NCBI RefSeq assembly: GCF_026210795.1
Contig: NC_089430.1
Location: forward strand, 1,116,001 to 1,180,000
DNA from: Rhizophagus irregularis
Taxonomy: Eukaryota
Reading direction: 5' to 3'
Length of the DNA stretch: 64,000 nt
Shown here: positions 1 to 11,989 of the stretch, piece by piece
Layout of the letters: each line of letters opens with the position of its first letter
Numbering within the stretch: position 1 is the first letter of the stretch
Made by a program: the position numbers and the translations under genes
The notes under the pieces: generated by a model
Seen by the model: the letters and a program-made list of their open reading frames with translations, nothing else
The model's database searches: none
What the model was told of the DNA's origin: nothing

Positions 1-215
1 ACAAGGAAATAGTGGAATCCTTTGGGGTCAACTGGCATCTCTGCAAGATCTGCCTGGTGTGTTGCATTTGGTTTCCATACAATTACCTTTGGGCATTCTG
101 TTGACTTTTCCTTTAAGGGCTTTTTGTATAGGTTGTAGTGCTCTTCACCTTTTAGAATTCGTGCTGATACTTTGGATAGACTGTAGTACTTGTAGTAATT
201 TTCTAATTGTGACAT
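1..215 (-). CDS. Retroviral-like (rve/DDE) integrase, Maverick/Polinton-type; N-terminal part, runs off the left edge
   Basis: Manual translation from ATG at 215: MSQLENYYKYYSLSKVSARILKGEEHYNLYKKPLKEKSTECPKVIVWKPNATHQADLAEMPVDPKGFHYFL... Open for 71 codons. PNxxHQADLxxM...KGFHYFL matches the start of the rve core (QxDLxDM...GxxYxL, first catalytic Asp). Not in the ORF track because it is truncated. Confidence 0.8.
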   Translation of the reverse strand, partial: MSQLENYYKYYSLSKVSARILKGEEHYNLYKKPLKEKSTECPKVIVWKPNATHQADLAEMPVDPKGFHYFL

Positions 216-259
216 ATTATGACAAATTAAAGGAAAGATTTCAGACTTCAAATCTCAAG

Positions 260-580
260 ATGACACGATTTTACTGTCTAAAGTGCAAGAAGGAAACTGA
301 GACTGCTAGTGAAATACAAGATATGACTACAAATGGGCGTTACCTGCTGCATGGTGACTGCACAATTTGTGGTATGCATAAGAATACTTTTACTGGAATA
401 GACTGGGTAATCAAAAAGAAAACTAAGGAGAAAAAGAAAGAAACCGCTGCTAAGAGACATCAGACGGTTTACAATTGGCAATGCAAAAAACTTGGACAGA
501 AAATCTTAGATTCTGATGACGCGTGTAAACAGTGTATTGATAAATGCCTTAAGGAGGCAAAAAAGAGGAAGACGAATTAG
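260..580 (+). CDS. Small basic zinc-ribbon protein (DUF5679-like), 106 aa, typical of Polinton/Maverick-type elements
   Basis: First ATG at 260 within ORF 59..580: MTRFYCLKCKKETET...TTNGRYLLHGDCTICGMHKNTF (CxxC...NGR...GxCxxCG) followed by a Lys-rich tail. Intronless and divergent from the integrase, 44 bp away. Confidence 0.7.
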   Translation: MTRFYCLKCKKETETASEIQDMTTNGRYLLHGDCTICGMHKNTFTGIDWVIKKKTKEKKKETAAKRHQTVYNWQCKKLGQKILDSDDACKQCIDKCLKEAKKRKTN

Positions 581-690
581 TACTGTCTTCTAAACTTCTC
601 TGAATATGCTCTATTCCCAATACCCATTGTTCAATTACTTATTTTTTCTGACGGGGGCGGGACGAGGTTGGTCTTACTGGCTCTATAGAC

Positions 691-867
691 TATACATGCC
701 ACCCAAATTATTTTGGACTGCCGTAATCATAAGTAAAATCCCAAATTCAATTATGGCATCCCAAATAATTTTGGCACTTTACATAGTAAATTATATATAA
801 ACCGAATAAATTATGGCATCCCAAATTATAATTATGACATCCCAAAATAATTTGGGCAGCATGTATA
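691..867. mobile_element. hAT-like MITE (177 bp)
   Basis: 26-bp TIR TATACATGC(CA/TG)CCCAAATTATTTTGG at 691-716 and 842-867. Perfect 8-bp TSD CTATAGAC at 683-690 and 868-875. Confidence 0.85.
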
Positions 868-1176
868 CTATAGACCTTCTAGGGGCTTACCTGCTAACTT
901 ACCTGGTTTGCTATCTCACTAGAGTTTCGATCTGTAGCGGTTTTATCCGGGTTTTATCCGGATACTGGCTCGGTTAATTTAGGCTGGGACCACCAAAATT
1001 AATAAAAATTTATGGAATAATATTATTTTAATTCTGGCCGAAATTATAGTCCACTCAAAGCCGAAATTTGTAACCTTTTTTAATCATAATCCCACGTTAA
1101 AATATTTGAGGTTTTATCCGGATCGAAACACTATATCTCACTGCTTCCAACAGATTATTAGATGGAATCCTGACTT

Positions 1177-1388
1177 GTTCCAGATGTTCCGGATGTGGCG
1201 GATCTGGGGGGGTAAAAATAAAACTTTTTCTGGGGGGATGTCCTCTCATAATTTTTCTGAAACATCTGCCACATCTGCCACATCCGGAACAACCCTCTCA
1301 TTATATCCGTTATTGCTTCCTTTTCTATTGTTTTCTAGTTATTTGGTATATATATTTGTTCCAGATGTTGTCCCAGATTGTGGCGGAT
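1177..1388. repeat. Cluster of GC-rich direct/inverted repeats (TGTTCCGGATGTGGCGGAT family)
   Basis: Copies near 1177-1203 (+), 1263-1290 (inverted, ATCTGCCACATCCGGAACA) and 1358-1388 (+, degenerate). Confidence 0.6.
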
Positions 1389-3486
1389 ATATGGGGATTC
1401 CTGAGCTCTGTAGGGGCCATATAGGTACTGCGACGGGTCGTAGACCCGGAGGTGGGTGGTGCTTGCACCTCCCACATCCAGCCCGACGACTGTGTTTTTT
1501 TTTATATTTTTTGAAATAGCTTTTAAATTATCAATGTAGTTCTCCTGATGATCCATAAAATAAATAAATAAATAAATATCCTGGTCATTTATTCAATGTA
1601 TAATTCAATTTTGTGTGCTGTGGTGAAGTCTTTCCGCCGATCATTATATCCAAAATTTTTAGGACAAACAAAAGTTGGAAGAGTTCAAAAAGTAAATATT
1701 AAAACATTCCTTTCAGTGCATTTCAACATCACCAACTATTGATTCATTCTCTTACGAATTTGTAGATAATTTATTTTGGACTTCAGATAGTAGCTTTCAA
1801 ATTTTTTGACGGAAAAATTTTACACTTCTTTAACTAACATAGGTCACCCAACAGAATGATATGTTATGGCGAGGAGTTATCTTTATCAAAAGTCAATGGA
1901 AAGTGATACAAGTTCAGGAATAATAAAGAAGGTTTACCATTCGTTAGGAGAGGTCCTCTTTGGATTTTTTAGTTTCGGGAAATTTTTCGTCTTTTTTTTT
2001 TGGTCGGCGCAGCAAAAACTTTAGCACGCTCAAATTGGTAACGGAGGATTTATGATAGATGAGGTGATTTGAAGTGGTACAAAAGTTTGGCAAAAAGTTT
2101 AGTTTAGGTCGTTACAAATAATTAAGGATATGAGGGTAAATGAGGATTCTTAGACGTTAGGAGTTCACGGTTAATATCCAGAATTATGGGGGTGAGAGAT
2201 TAAGGGCATCTCAGTCTCACTGAGAGTTGTCCTTAGTTTGGTAACCGTACAGAAGATTGGATTGGGTGTTGTAGGATGATGAAACCTTTCTTAAATCACA
2301 TGATTTCACGTTAAAAAATTTTTAAGAAGCAAACAAAAGGTTTCGTTTACTGTAGGAATATTAATAAACAAAAAAATTTAAAACATACAAAAGCCAAAAC
2401 CCACATAATCAATATATTGGTATCTTGGGACGCTAGTTGGAACCATGATAGCCCTGTTTGTTTGGAAAGGTAGCGTAAAGCATGTAGTACTGGTCATATG
2501 ATCGTGTTAGTTGTGGATATCCTGAAGTAGGAATGCATTGTTGATTTGAATTACAGATTATGTTCTATTTAGTAAAGGCATGTCGGGGGAGTAGAATTAG
2601 ATTTATTCTTATGGAAAAAGTGTAAAGATACATAGTCAAATTAGGAAACTATTGCCTAGAATCATACACATTTTAATGGATTTTAATTAATTTTAGATTC
2701 AATAATGTAATTAACATAGGTAAAATATATAGTCCTTAGTATAGACCTTAGTATAGAATTAGTAAGTAGATGTAGGTACTTGCTTCCATTTTAGACGGGT
2801 TAGTAGATAGAATAACCTAATAGATATTAGTGTTATGTCTACTGTATTTTTGCCTATTTTATAAAATGTATGCCCAATCCATTCATTATAATAAAAAGGT
2901 GAAATGCGCGTTACTAATAATAATAATAAAAAAAATGTATAACTCAGTTTGTCCTAGTCTTAAATATGTTAGAATTTCTCCAAATGTTTAATATCTTGAT
3001 AATATTGAATTACTTTTAGCCAATTGACAAGTATTTTACGTTTATAAAAACGAACAAATTCCAGCCTTATTGATATTATTGAGTAAATAAATTAGAATTA
3101 CTCTGGAAACTTTAAATTTATTATTTAATTAATATTTTTTTTTTTATGATTAAAAATAATAGATACTGAGAAAAAGTGTTGACAATTTTAAATTGAATAT
3201 TTTTACGGATAGTTTATCTCTTCTGCTAATATATTATATGTACTATATTAAAACAGGATTTCTTTTTAATGTATAGTTTATTTTATAGGCCTAATTTCTT
3301 CTTATGTTATTATTATAGTGCTCCTACCAGGTCAACTTGGAGAAAATATTCGACCTGACTTATTAAAAGTTGCTATTATATTCCAGTTAATGAAGTTTTT
3401 GATCGAAAAAAAGTCTGGATATTTGTTGATGCGATCGTGACTTTTTTTCCTTTTGGTTTTTCCTTTAAACCAATTAAATTTATTTA

Positions 3487-3617
3487 CCATATACTTCCAA
3501 AATTAAGCACCCTTTTTTGACCGTAATGCTGGCCAGTAACAGCATAACGTAGGCCAAAATTTTCATAATTCTGGCCAGGGTGCTTATTTCTGGGTGCTTA
3601 ATATCGGAAGTATACAG
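3487..3617. mobile_element. Tc1/mariner (pogo-like) MITE (131 bp)
   Basis: ~26-bp TIR C(CA/TG)TATACTTCC(AA/GA)xATTAAGCACCC, flanked by TA on both sides. Confidence 0.75.
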
Positions 3618-5489
3618 TAATTTTTTTTCCAAAATTCAATTTTTTTTTCTTTCCATTTTTCCGGCTTTTTAATCGGGATTTTTTTTTGGTTCGGTTTTAT
3701 AAAATCGATTTTTTTAAATCTTTCATAATTTTTTAAGCTATTTTTTTTTAATTTTTTTTCTTTTTATAATCTAAATAGTGATATTATTTTCTTAATTGTT
3801 TTTTCTCATTCTTTCAGCAGCGTGTATTAAAGATAATAAGTCATTCTAACATTTTGTTTCTGTTGACGTATCTGATGTGAGGAAAGCATCTGAGTTAAGT
3901 GTAAGGGACTTTATAAGTTTCTTTCTGTGGGAATTTAATGTCTCCATTAAATCATTTTTATGTTCTGGGCGTTTATATAACAAGGTGATAATTAAATGAA
4001 AGAAACTTACTAATATACATTATTTTTCTGAAAGGAGATTATATTTAAATAAATAAAATAATGAGAAATAAATTGATTTCTGTAGTTTCATAAAAAAACA
4101 ATTACAGTATATTAGAAATTTATTATAAAATCTTGTGACGTAGAATTGGCACTGTAAACGGACATATCATTTAATAGTTATGTGATTATATAATTAACTT
4201 ATTGTTTAGAAAAAAGAAAATAATATTTCTTTTCACGAGTATAACGTTCTACTGAACATCAAAAAAATATTTATAATATGAACAAACATTTTTTTTTTAT
4301 TAATTACTTAAACATAATCATAATTCTATATCTGGAAGATTACTTTTTCCGGAAAATTAGTTTATTTTTAAAAATAATGAAAAACAAAATATTTTAATTA
4401 GTTTCTTCTTAAATTTTATTCTTAATTTAATACTATATTTAAAAGAATTCGTTAATAATTTTTAGTTTTTTTTGCAAAATTATATTTTTTTCATGATGTA
4501 ATTGATGTATCGATGTATCACCATATCACATAAGCTATTTTTAATGATCATTTATAAAAATTATTTTATATCTTTAAGAACCTTGGAATACATCTGAAAA
4601 AGTAATGAAATACAAAATGAGAGGATATTTTCGCAAGTATATATAATAGATTAAAAAAGAATTAGTATGACAAAAATATATTGGCCACACAGAAATAATC
4701 TTAAATTATATTGCATTGTTTTTTATCATTTTTGATGTCGAACTAGGGTCATCGAGTCAGGTCATGCGAGTCATGGGTCATTAATCTAAAAGCTGAGTCA
4801 TGTCAAATTAACCGGGTCGTATCTTTCGGAACGCTAGTTATTAACAAAAATATTTCTTTGACGTTACAAAAATTTAAATTAATCAAAAACTATCGTTCAT
4901 ATGATTTTAAAACAAATCAATAAAATTTGACAATCCAAACAAACTCAATCAAAATAAAATTTTAATAGTTTCAAATTTCAAAGCCTTATATAATTATTTT
5001 TCAATAGTATGGACATAAGATTAAAATTTAGTTAACTATTATACATAATTTTAATTATGGTAAAATGTAAGCTCGTTACAAACTAAAATCTGGTCACGTG
5101 ATTCTTATTGCCCCAGTTACACACAAATTCCTCATTTTATGTATTCAGTATAAACGACGAACTTTGGTAATGACATTAACATCTAATGATTTGACCAACA
5201 GTCTTTACTCTAATTTATGTTTTAATCCCATTTCTATTTTGTTCCTTTTAATTTATAAAGTATTAAAGAATTTTAAAAACAAACCAACAAACATTTTGGT
5301 GACGTAGTCCTAAATCACGCGTAAAAATTTCATGCAATGTAAATCTGTCTTAAAAAATTTTGATCGACATCCCAAACAATCTATAAATGGTCCTTTAAAC
5401 GTGTTATAGACTTGTAAATTAAAGCGACAGATTACATCATATTGTATTCTATTATGGTAAATTTATTTGTAACTAATATTAATATATTA

Positions 5490-8465
5490 ATTTTATAATT
5501 TATTTTAATTTGTTTATTTCATATTATTTCCAACTTAGAACATAAATTGTTTACTTGCCAGATTACCTAATAAGTAATCTCATTTATTCTAAATTCGATA
5601 ATTATACCATGATACATATTCTTTTTCTATCGGATAAACCAAATTTGAGATGAGAAAAAAAAAAATTATTTGAAAGATAAGCCAAATCTGCATTATACAG
5701 CGCTACATTGGGTATATTATTTTATGATAATCGAAAAATATAAAATTTTTGAAAGTATATATAAATAAATTAATATCAAATTGCTAGTATATAAAATATT
5801 AATTTATTGAAAAAATTATTATTAAGTATTAAAGAAATTGTAAATAAAGAAAAAATACATGAATGACATAATTATGTGCAATAAAACCAATTCCTAATTT
5901 AAATTAAATTTCGTACAATATAAATACGCCTCAAAGCCATACTCATCTAAAATAAGCGATAAATGACATGAAATCGTTTTATGGCATTTGCATATCTGTT
6001 GTAAAATGATACTGTAACAACGACGAGTTACATAAATTAGAATATTAATATATTTTTTGATTTATTTCATATTACTTAAAGAAGCATATTCTTTTTATTC
6101 AGTTAAACCAAATTTGGGATGATAAAGAAATGCTGAATGAGATCTGCGTTACACAAGCTGCGTTATAAATACATATACTGTAGAAATATTAATGTTTCGA
6201 AAGTATTTTGATAATTACAACTAAGTAATAAAGAGTTTTTAAATCTCACAAAAAACGTGTCATGTACAATTAAAATTGATTTAAATTTATGCAATATAAA
6301 TACGCCTCTAAGAACTGGGCTGATATTAAATTATACTCTTTAAAAACAAGCGATAAATGGTTCATAATTTGTTTAAATGTATTTGCATATTGTAAAAAGA
6401 TGCTCTAACAGGTTGCATAATATTATAGTAATAATACATAATTAGAAGAATAATATTTTTTTAATTTCATATTATTTCAACTTCGAACATAAATTATTTA
6501 CTTGCCAGTTAACCTAATGAAGCATTTCATTTTTTCCAAATTCGAAAATTATATCATGATATATATTCTTTTTTATTTAGACAAATCAAATTTGTGATGA
6601 GAAAAATACACTGCCAGATCTGCGTTACACAAGTGCGTTGTACAATACATATATTGTAGATAAATTTTTAAGTATTAATGTTTCGAAAGTATTTTGATAA
6701 TTACAAATGAATTGACACAAAATAATCATATAATCTTACATTATTGAAAAAAAAATATTTTATTAATTAATAAAGAGTTTTAAAATCACGATTGAAAAAT
6801 ATTGGATAGTCAAGTCCAATTAAAATTGATTTAAATTTCTAAATAAATACGCCTCTAAGAACAGAGCCGATCTCAAAATATACTCTTTAAAATAAGCGGT
6901 AAATGGTTCATGAAATAGTTTAAAGGTATTTACATATTTTGTTGTAAAAAAGATGCTGTAACAATAGCGGGTTGCATAATATTATAGTAATATTGCATAA
7001 TTAGAAGAACAATATTTTTTAATTTCATATTATTTCAACTTCGAACATAAATTGTTTACTTGCCAGTTAACCTGAAGCATTTCATTTTTTCCAAACTCGA
7101 AAATTATATCATAATACATATTCTTTTTTATTTAGACAAACAAAATTTGTTGATGAGAAAAATACACTGCTAGATCTGCGTTACACAGATGCGTAGTACA
7201 ATACATATATTGTAGACAAATTTTTAAGATACGGTGTTTCGAAAATAGTTTGATAATCTACTTTATAATAATTGTTTGCCTGTGTGACAGTAACGTTTAG
7301 ATTACATATTTATATCTGTGTACCCGTAACGTTTGGACTACAATTTATACCTGTGCACCCGAAAGACTGTATATAACATTTAACCGTCGTGCCAATCACG
7401 TGTATGTTTATCTGACGTTGCGGAGCAACCGTTTCAATGGCTAGTTACAAATAAATTGGCACAAAATAATCATGTAATCTTACTTTATCGAAAGAAAAAT
7501 TTTTGTTAATTAATAAAGAGTTTTAAATCACGCAAGAAAGAAAATTGGATAACGTAGTCACGTACAATTAAAATTGATTTATGTTTCATGCAATGTAAAT
7601 AAATACGCCTCTAAGAACAGGGCCGATCTCAAATTATACTCTTTAAACAAGCGGTAAATGGTTCATAAAATAGTTCAAAGGTATTTATATATTTGTTTTT
7701 AAAAAAGATGCTGTAACAATAGCGGGTTGCATAATATTATAGTAATATTGCATAATTAGAAGAACAATATTTTTTAATTTCATATTATTTCAATTTCGAA
7801 CATAAACTGTTTACTTGCCAGATAACCTAGTGAAGATTTCATTTTTTTCCAAATTCGATAATTACATCATGATGCATGTTTTTTTTTCAGACAAACCAAA
7901 TTTGTGATGATAAAAATATAAGCCAGATCTGTGTTACACAAGCCACGTTGTACATTACATATACTGTAGACAAATTTTTTAAGATAAACGAAAAGTATTA
8001 ATGTTTCGAAAGTATATTGATAATTACAAATAAATTGGCACAAAATAATTATATAATCTTACTTTATCGAAAGAAAAATTTTTTATTAATTAATAAAGAG
8101 TTTTAAATCACGCAAGAAAAAAAATTGGATAATGTAGTCACGTACAATTAAAATTGATTTAAATTTCATGCGATGTAAATAAATACGCCTCTAAGAACAG
8201 GGTCGATCTCAAATTATACTCTTTTAAAACAAGCGATAAATGGTTCAATTCATAAATAAACTAATCTAAATGTAATTGCATATTTGTTGTAAAAAAGATA
8301 CTGTAATATAACGGCGGGTTGAATAATATTATTGGTAATAAGAAGAATAATATTTTTTTTGATTTCATATTATTTCAATTTCAAACATAAATTGTTCACT
8401 TTGCCAAATAACCTCATTAATGAAGCATTTCATTTTTTCCAAATTCGATATTATTTCATGATGCG
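5490..8465. repeat. Tandem macro-repeat, ~5.5 diverged units of ~550-585 bp
   Basis: Anchor TTCATATTA(T/C)T recurs at ~5518, 6066, 6466, 7024, 7779 and 8364; AAATACGCCTC at ~5922, 6298, 6845, 7601 and 8181. One unit is internally deleted (~400 bp) and one is lengthened by a Helitron. Confidence 0.9.
7257..7444 (+). mobile_element. Non-autonomous Helitron (188 bp)
   Basis: Starts TC, ends CTAG, hairpin GTTGC-GGA-GCAAC at 7417-7429. Inserted between A and T of GATAA|TTACAAAT, which is uninterrupted in sister repeat units; no TSD. Confidence 0.9.
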
Positions 8466-8605
8466 TACAAAGAATCGAAAAAATGTAATATTCTTAATAT
8501 TCTTAATATTATTTAATCGAACATATTTATATAGGCTGTGATTAGCACTTTGATGAATAAAATTATTTGAAAATAATTTTTTTTTTTCAAAATCTTGAAG
8601 ACACG

Positions 8606-9535
8606 ATGGAAAAATCGATAGATTACTTTTTAGTAAGTAAATTACGAAAACTGACTTTGTGTTTTGGTTTAAGAAACATAATTGTTAATTTTATTTGAAA
8701 CATTCTAGGGAGGTCGTGAAAATTCAACGATAGGTGTATCATTGAATACTGTTGCGAGAGCACTTGATAGTGCTTGTAACGGTATTTGCACTTTGATTCA
8801 ATTCTATGAAAGCTGCACAGTTGTCAAGCTTAGCAGGGGAGGTGGTGACGATGATTTCTGTAGTCTTTTAAAAAGAATTTATGATCAATTAGAATGTAAA
8901 TATAAGATAAACAATGAATATTTGTTTTTAACCTATTTATAACTAAAAAAAAAAAAAAAAAAATTTATACTTAGGTGGCGACGTAAGTGGGTTGGCTGAA
9001 AATACCGATAAACTGAAAATTGGTATTATTAAAGCCCAAGAAATTCTCTCAGAACGTTTAAACGAACTAAGACCATTGAGCGATTCTGCACGAAAGACCC
9101 GGAACGCTTCTTTAATGTAAGTTTCTCTAAAATTCGAAAAAGAATGACACAGAAAATACTTACTATATCTTTGTTTATAGAGCTACAGTTGCATCCGCTG
9201 CTGCGTCCATCGTAAATCCAAATGCCTTTACTTTCGCCTGTGTAAGTAAATTAAATATCCGCTTGCTAAAAAATAATGTTTTTTCTCACTTTTCTTTTAC
9301 GTTTATCTAGATGCTATCTTGTTTCGGGGTCTTTCTTGTATCAAGTTTAGCATTTTCAATGATTGAATATCAAATACGATTCCATGAAGAAGCTCGCACA
9401 AAAATTACAAATTTATACACTGAACTCATTAAAGCTCGAGTTTCATCAACATATTCATTGGATTCTAGGAAATCTGGAGAATATGCGGATGCAATTAGAG
9501 CGCTTGGACGAACCCTTAAGTGCACTTGCTTTTAA
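8606..9535 (+). CDS. Orphan 213-aa alpha-helical protein with a central hydrophobic hairpin and C-terminal CTCF; 5 exons
   Basis: Exons 8606-8632, 8709-8895, 8975-9116, 9181-9241 and 9311-9535. All four introns are GT-AG (64-79 nt) and splice into one stop-free frame that joins ORFs 8742..8942 and 9311..9535. Confidence 0.75.
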
Positions 9536-10131
9536 ATTTTTTAGTTTGCTATCATCAATAAGTTTTTTTTCGTAGGCAACTTTTTACTTACATTTACAAT
9601 ATATTAAACATGTTGTTATTGTGTAACTATTATATATAGTTTGAAAATAGTTAACTATATACTTTTAAATAAATATTGTATTGTCATGTTGCAAATAATA
9701 ATTTATCATTTGAATATTCTATTCGACCTATTAATCTCAATGAATAATTAAAATCTATAAGTACACTATTTTGTATTACCGATACACTGTTTTTTTTGCT
9801 CAAGTTCGTCTTGAAAAGACAATGTTAATTTTTTTTATTAATTTATTTTTTTTTTATTGTCTTATTTGCCATAAAACTTTGGATAAAAAATGTGTAAAAA
9901 TAATAAAGTATCAAATTTTAGAACCTGGGGAAATCACGTTTAATTAATATGAATAATACCTTGATTTGTGGAATTTAACGAATTAGATTTAATTGAGGTT
10001 TGAGGAATTTATATAATGAATTAATAGCAATATATCTTAACTATTCTTTTTTTTATTTTTTTTTTAATAGTTTATGAAAAGATATTATTTAGACAACAAA
10101 AAATATTCAAAAAAAAAGAAATCTTTCAATA

Positions 10132-10337
10132 CCGTACCGCACTGCACAGGATATCCCCTTTTAAGAGTACCCCCACGTTAAAAGACCCGGGTATAATATA
10201 CAGCTTAAATTTTTTAATTCTGGTAAAAAAAAGGCTAATTTTGGCCGTATATCGCACAAAGTACCCGCGGGTACTATATAATTTTTAAAACAGGTATTTT
10301 GTATTATACCCGGGGTATCTTATTCAGTGCGGTACGG
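10132..10337. mobile_element. Tc1/mariner (pogo-like, CCGTA-ended) MITE (206 bp)
   Basis: TIR CCGTACCGCACTG... / ...CAGTGCGGTACGG, extending to ~26 bp with mismatches. TA on both flanks. Confidence 0.85.
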
Positions 10338-10740
10338 TAAATAAACTCTTAATGTTAATTACTAGGTTTTAATGAATTTAAAAATAATATATTGACTAGC
10401 ATTTAAATTTTGTTATTGATTAATTTTTTAATTAATTTTTTTAATTTTTTTCGTTAATCTTGGAAAGTTTTTTTTTTTTATTTTTCAATAAACTAACTTT
10501 ATGATATTTTTTCTTTTTTTTTAGAATTATTATTAATTTTTTTTTTACTGGTTTCAAGTTATAGATAAATTTGTAGAAGAGTTTAGGAGTCTTTTACGAT
10601 TTCTTTTCTTTAGTTTTTGATTCGATTTTTAATTGATACTGCGCCACGCAGCTGATGATCGGCAAATCATGAAAAAAAAAGTGCGAGAATTAGTATATTT
10701 TATATGAATGTCACTTTGCGTTGTAATAATTTTGTATAAA

Positions 10741-10897
10741 GGGGACTGATCTTGAAAAATCAAGGTAAGAGAATTTTTTAGTTAAAATTTAAAAAGTTAT
10801 TGTATTTTAATCTAGTCATATCAAAAAAGTATAATTCAATAAAAACCTCAATTTTGAAAAAAAATTCTTTAACCTTGATCTTCCTAGATTCAGGCCC
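10741..10897. mobile_element. MITE with ~38-bp imperfect TIRs (GGG...CCC ends, PIF/Harbinger-like)
   Basis: GGGGACTGATCTTGAAAAATCAAGGTAAGAGAATTTTT versus the reverse complement of the right end, GGGCCTGAATCTAGGAAGATCAAGGTTAAAGAATTTTT. Right flank TAA; superfamily is a guess. Confidence 0.65.
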
Positions 10898-11582
10898 TAA
10901 TATTTATTATATTACGAAATATTCTAAGTGATAAAATAAACAATTTCCTCTATTTATTATTTTCAATATAATTTTACTATAATTTTACTATAAATTAACA
11001 TAGAGTGTAAGTTTAGTAATCATGTGGCGTGGCTCGGTAGATGATTTGGACATTCGGAAAGTTGTCCAATAAACAAGAATGTACCGAAAGTTACCTAGAT
11101 GTTATAAAATGGAAGGATGTAAAAGAAGGGTTTCAGAAGAGAATGAGTTTTATTTAGAAAAAAATACGAGTACCTAGTGAGGTAGTAATAATATTGCTGT
11201 ATTTTATGGTTCGTTTTTAATAAAGGAACGCTGGTCATTTCCGATTCTCAATTATATGTCAAGTTTACCGAATTTATTTATTCATTTTCTGTTATCGCTA
11301 ATAGTAATAGTACAAAAGTCAATAAAGTCACATTATCAAAGGTTAAATAATTTGCACTCTGGCGGTCAATCAAAATATATACAGTAAATTTATAATTTTT
11401 TTCACATTTACACGTATGTGCCAGAAATTGCTGTAAGACAAATTAGTTAAATTTTGTTCTGGGATTTTTACTGGCCTTGATAAGAATTAAAAATCGTACC
11501 AAATAACTTTTTTAATGTCATGTTATTTTAGTATCATCTAGTATCACTATTTATTGTGGGCAATGAACCAAACGTAATAATG

Positions 11583-11718
11583 GGGGTCTTCACAAAAAAC
11601 GTGATTGAGATTGAGATTGAGATTTCATATAGAATTTTCAATCTTAATATGTTAGTAAGATTGAAATTCTATACTAAATTTCAATCTCAATCTCAATCAC
11701 GTTTTTTGTGAAGACCCC
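11583..11718. mobile_element. Fold-back MITE (136 bp) with 4-bp TSD
   Basis: Near-perfect palindrome GGGGTCTTCACAAAAAACGTGATTGAGATTGAGATTGA... / ...TCAATCTCAATCTCAATCACGTTTTTTGTGAAGACCCC, with AATG directly repeated at 11579-11582 and 11719-11722. Confidence 0.85.
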
Positions 11719-11989
11719 AATGTGAGCATATTTTAAAGAATGTTGTTAATTTGTTCTCCAGGTGAAAATACTCAGGCGATGGGACATCACCTGTAAATAA
11801 TTTGCATAATTTCAGTTTCAGTTTCACATGTATAAAAATTTTTAATAATTGATAACACTTGTATAAAAACTAACTTTTCCTGAGTTAAATAACCACATCC
11901 ACAAAAATAATTTTACATATTGTATTAATTGATTGAATTTTTTTTTATTTATAATCTAAAACATATTTTATAGTGATTGGAAAATTTTA

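Noticed and set aside
59..259. N-terminal extension of the 173-aa ORF
   Set aside because: Starts at GTG and is the antisense shadow of the integrase; the plausible start is ATG 260.
606..1519. ORFs 606..800 and 1106..1519
   Set aside because: They run through a MITE and repeats, with no recognisable domain.
1640..2900. Possible decayed LINE/retroelement fragments
   Set aside because: Strand-biased composition is suggestive, but I found no RT, RNase H or endonuclease motif.
4741..4840. GAGTCA/GGTCA repeats ending in CTAG (Helitron or hAT end?)
   Set aside because: No convincing hairpin, TIR partner or TSD.
5490..8465. Repeat array as CRISPR-like or coding repeat
   Set aside because: Whole ~560-bp units are homologous (no unique spacers), there is no ORF or cas gene, and the context is eukaryotic.
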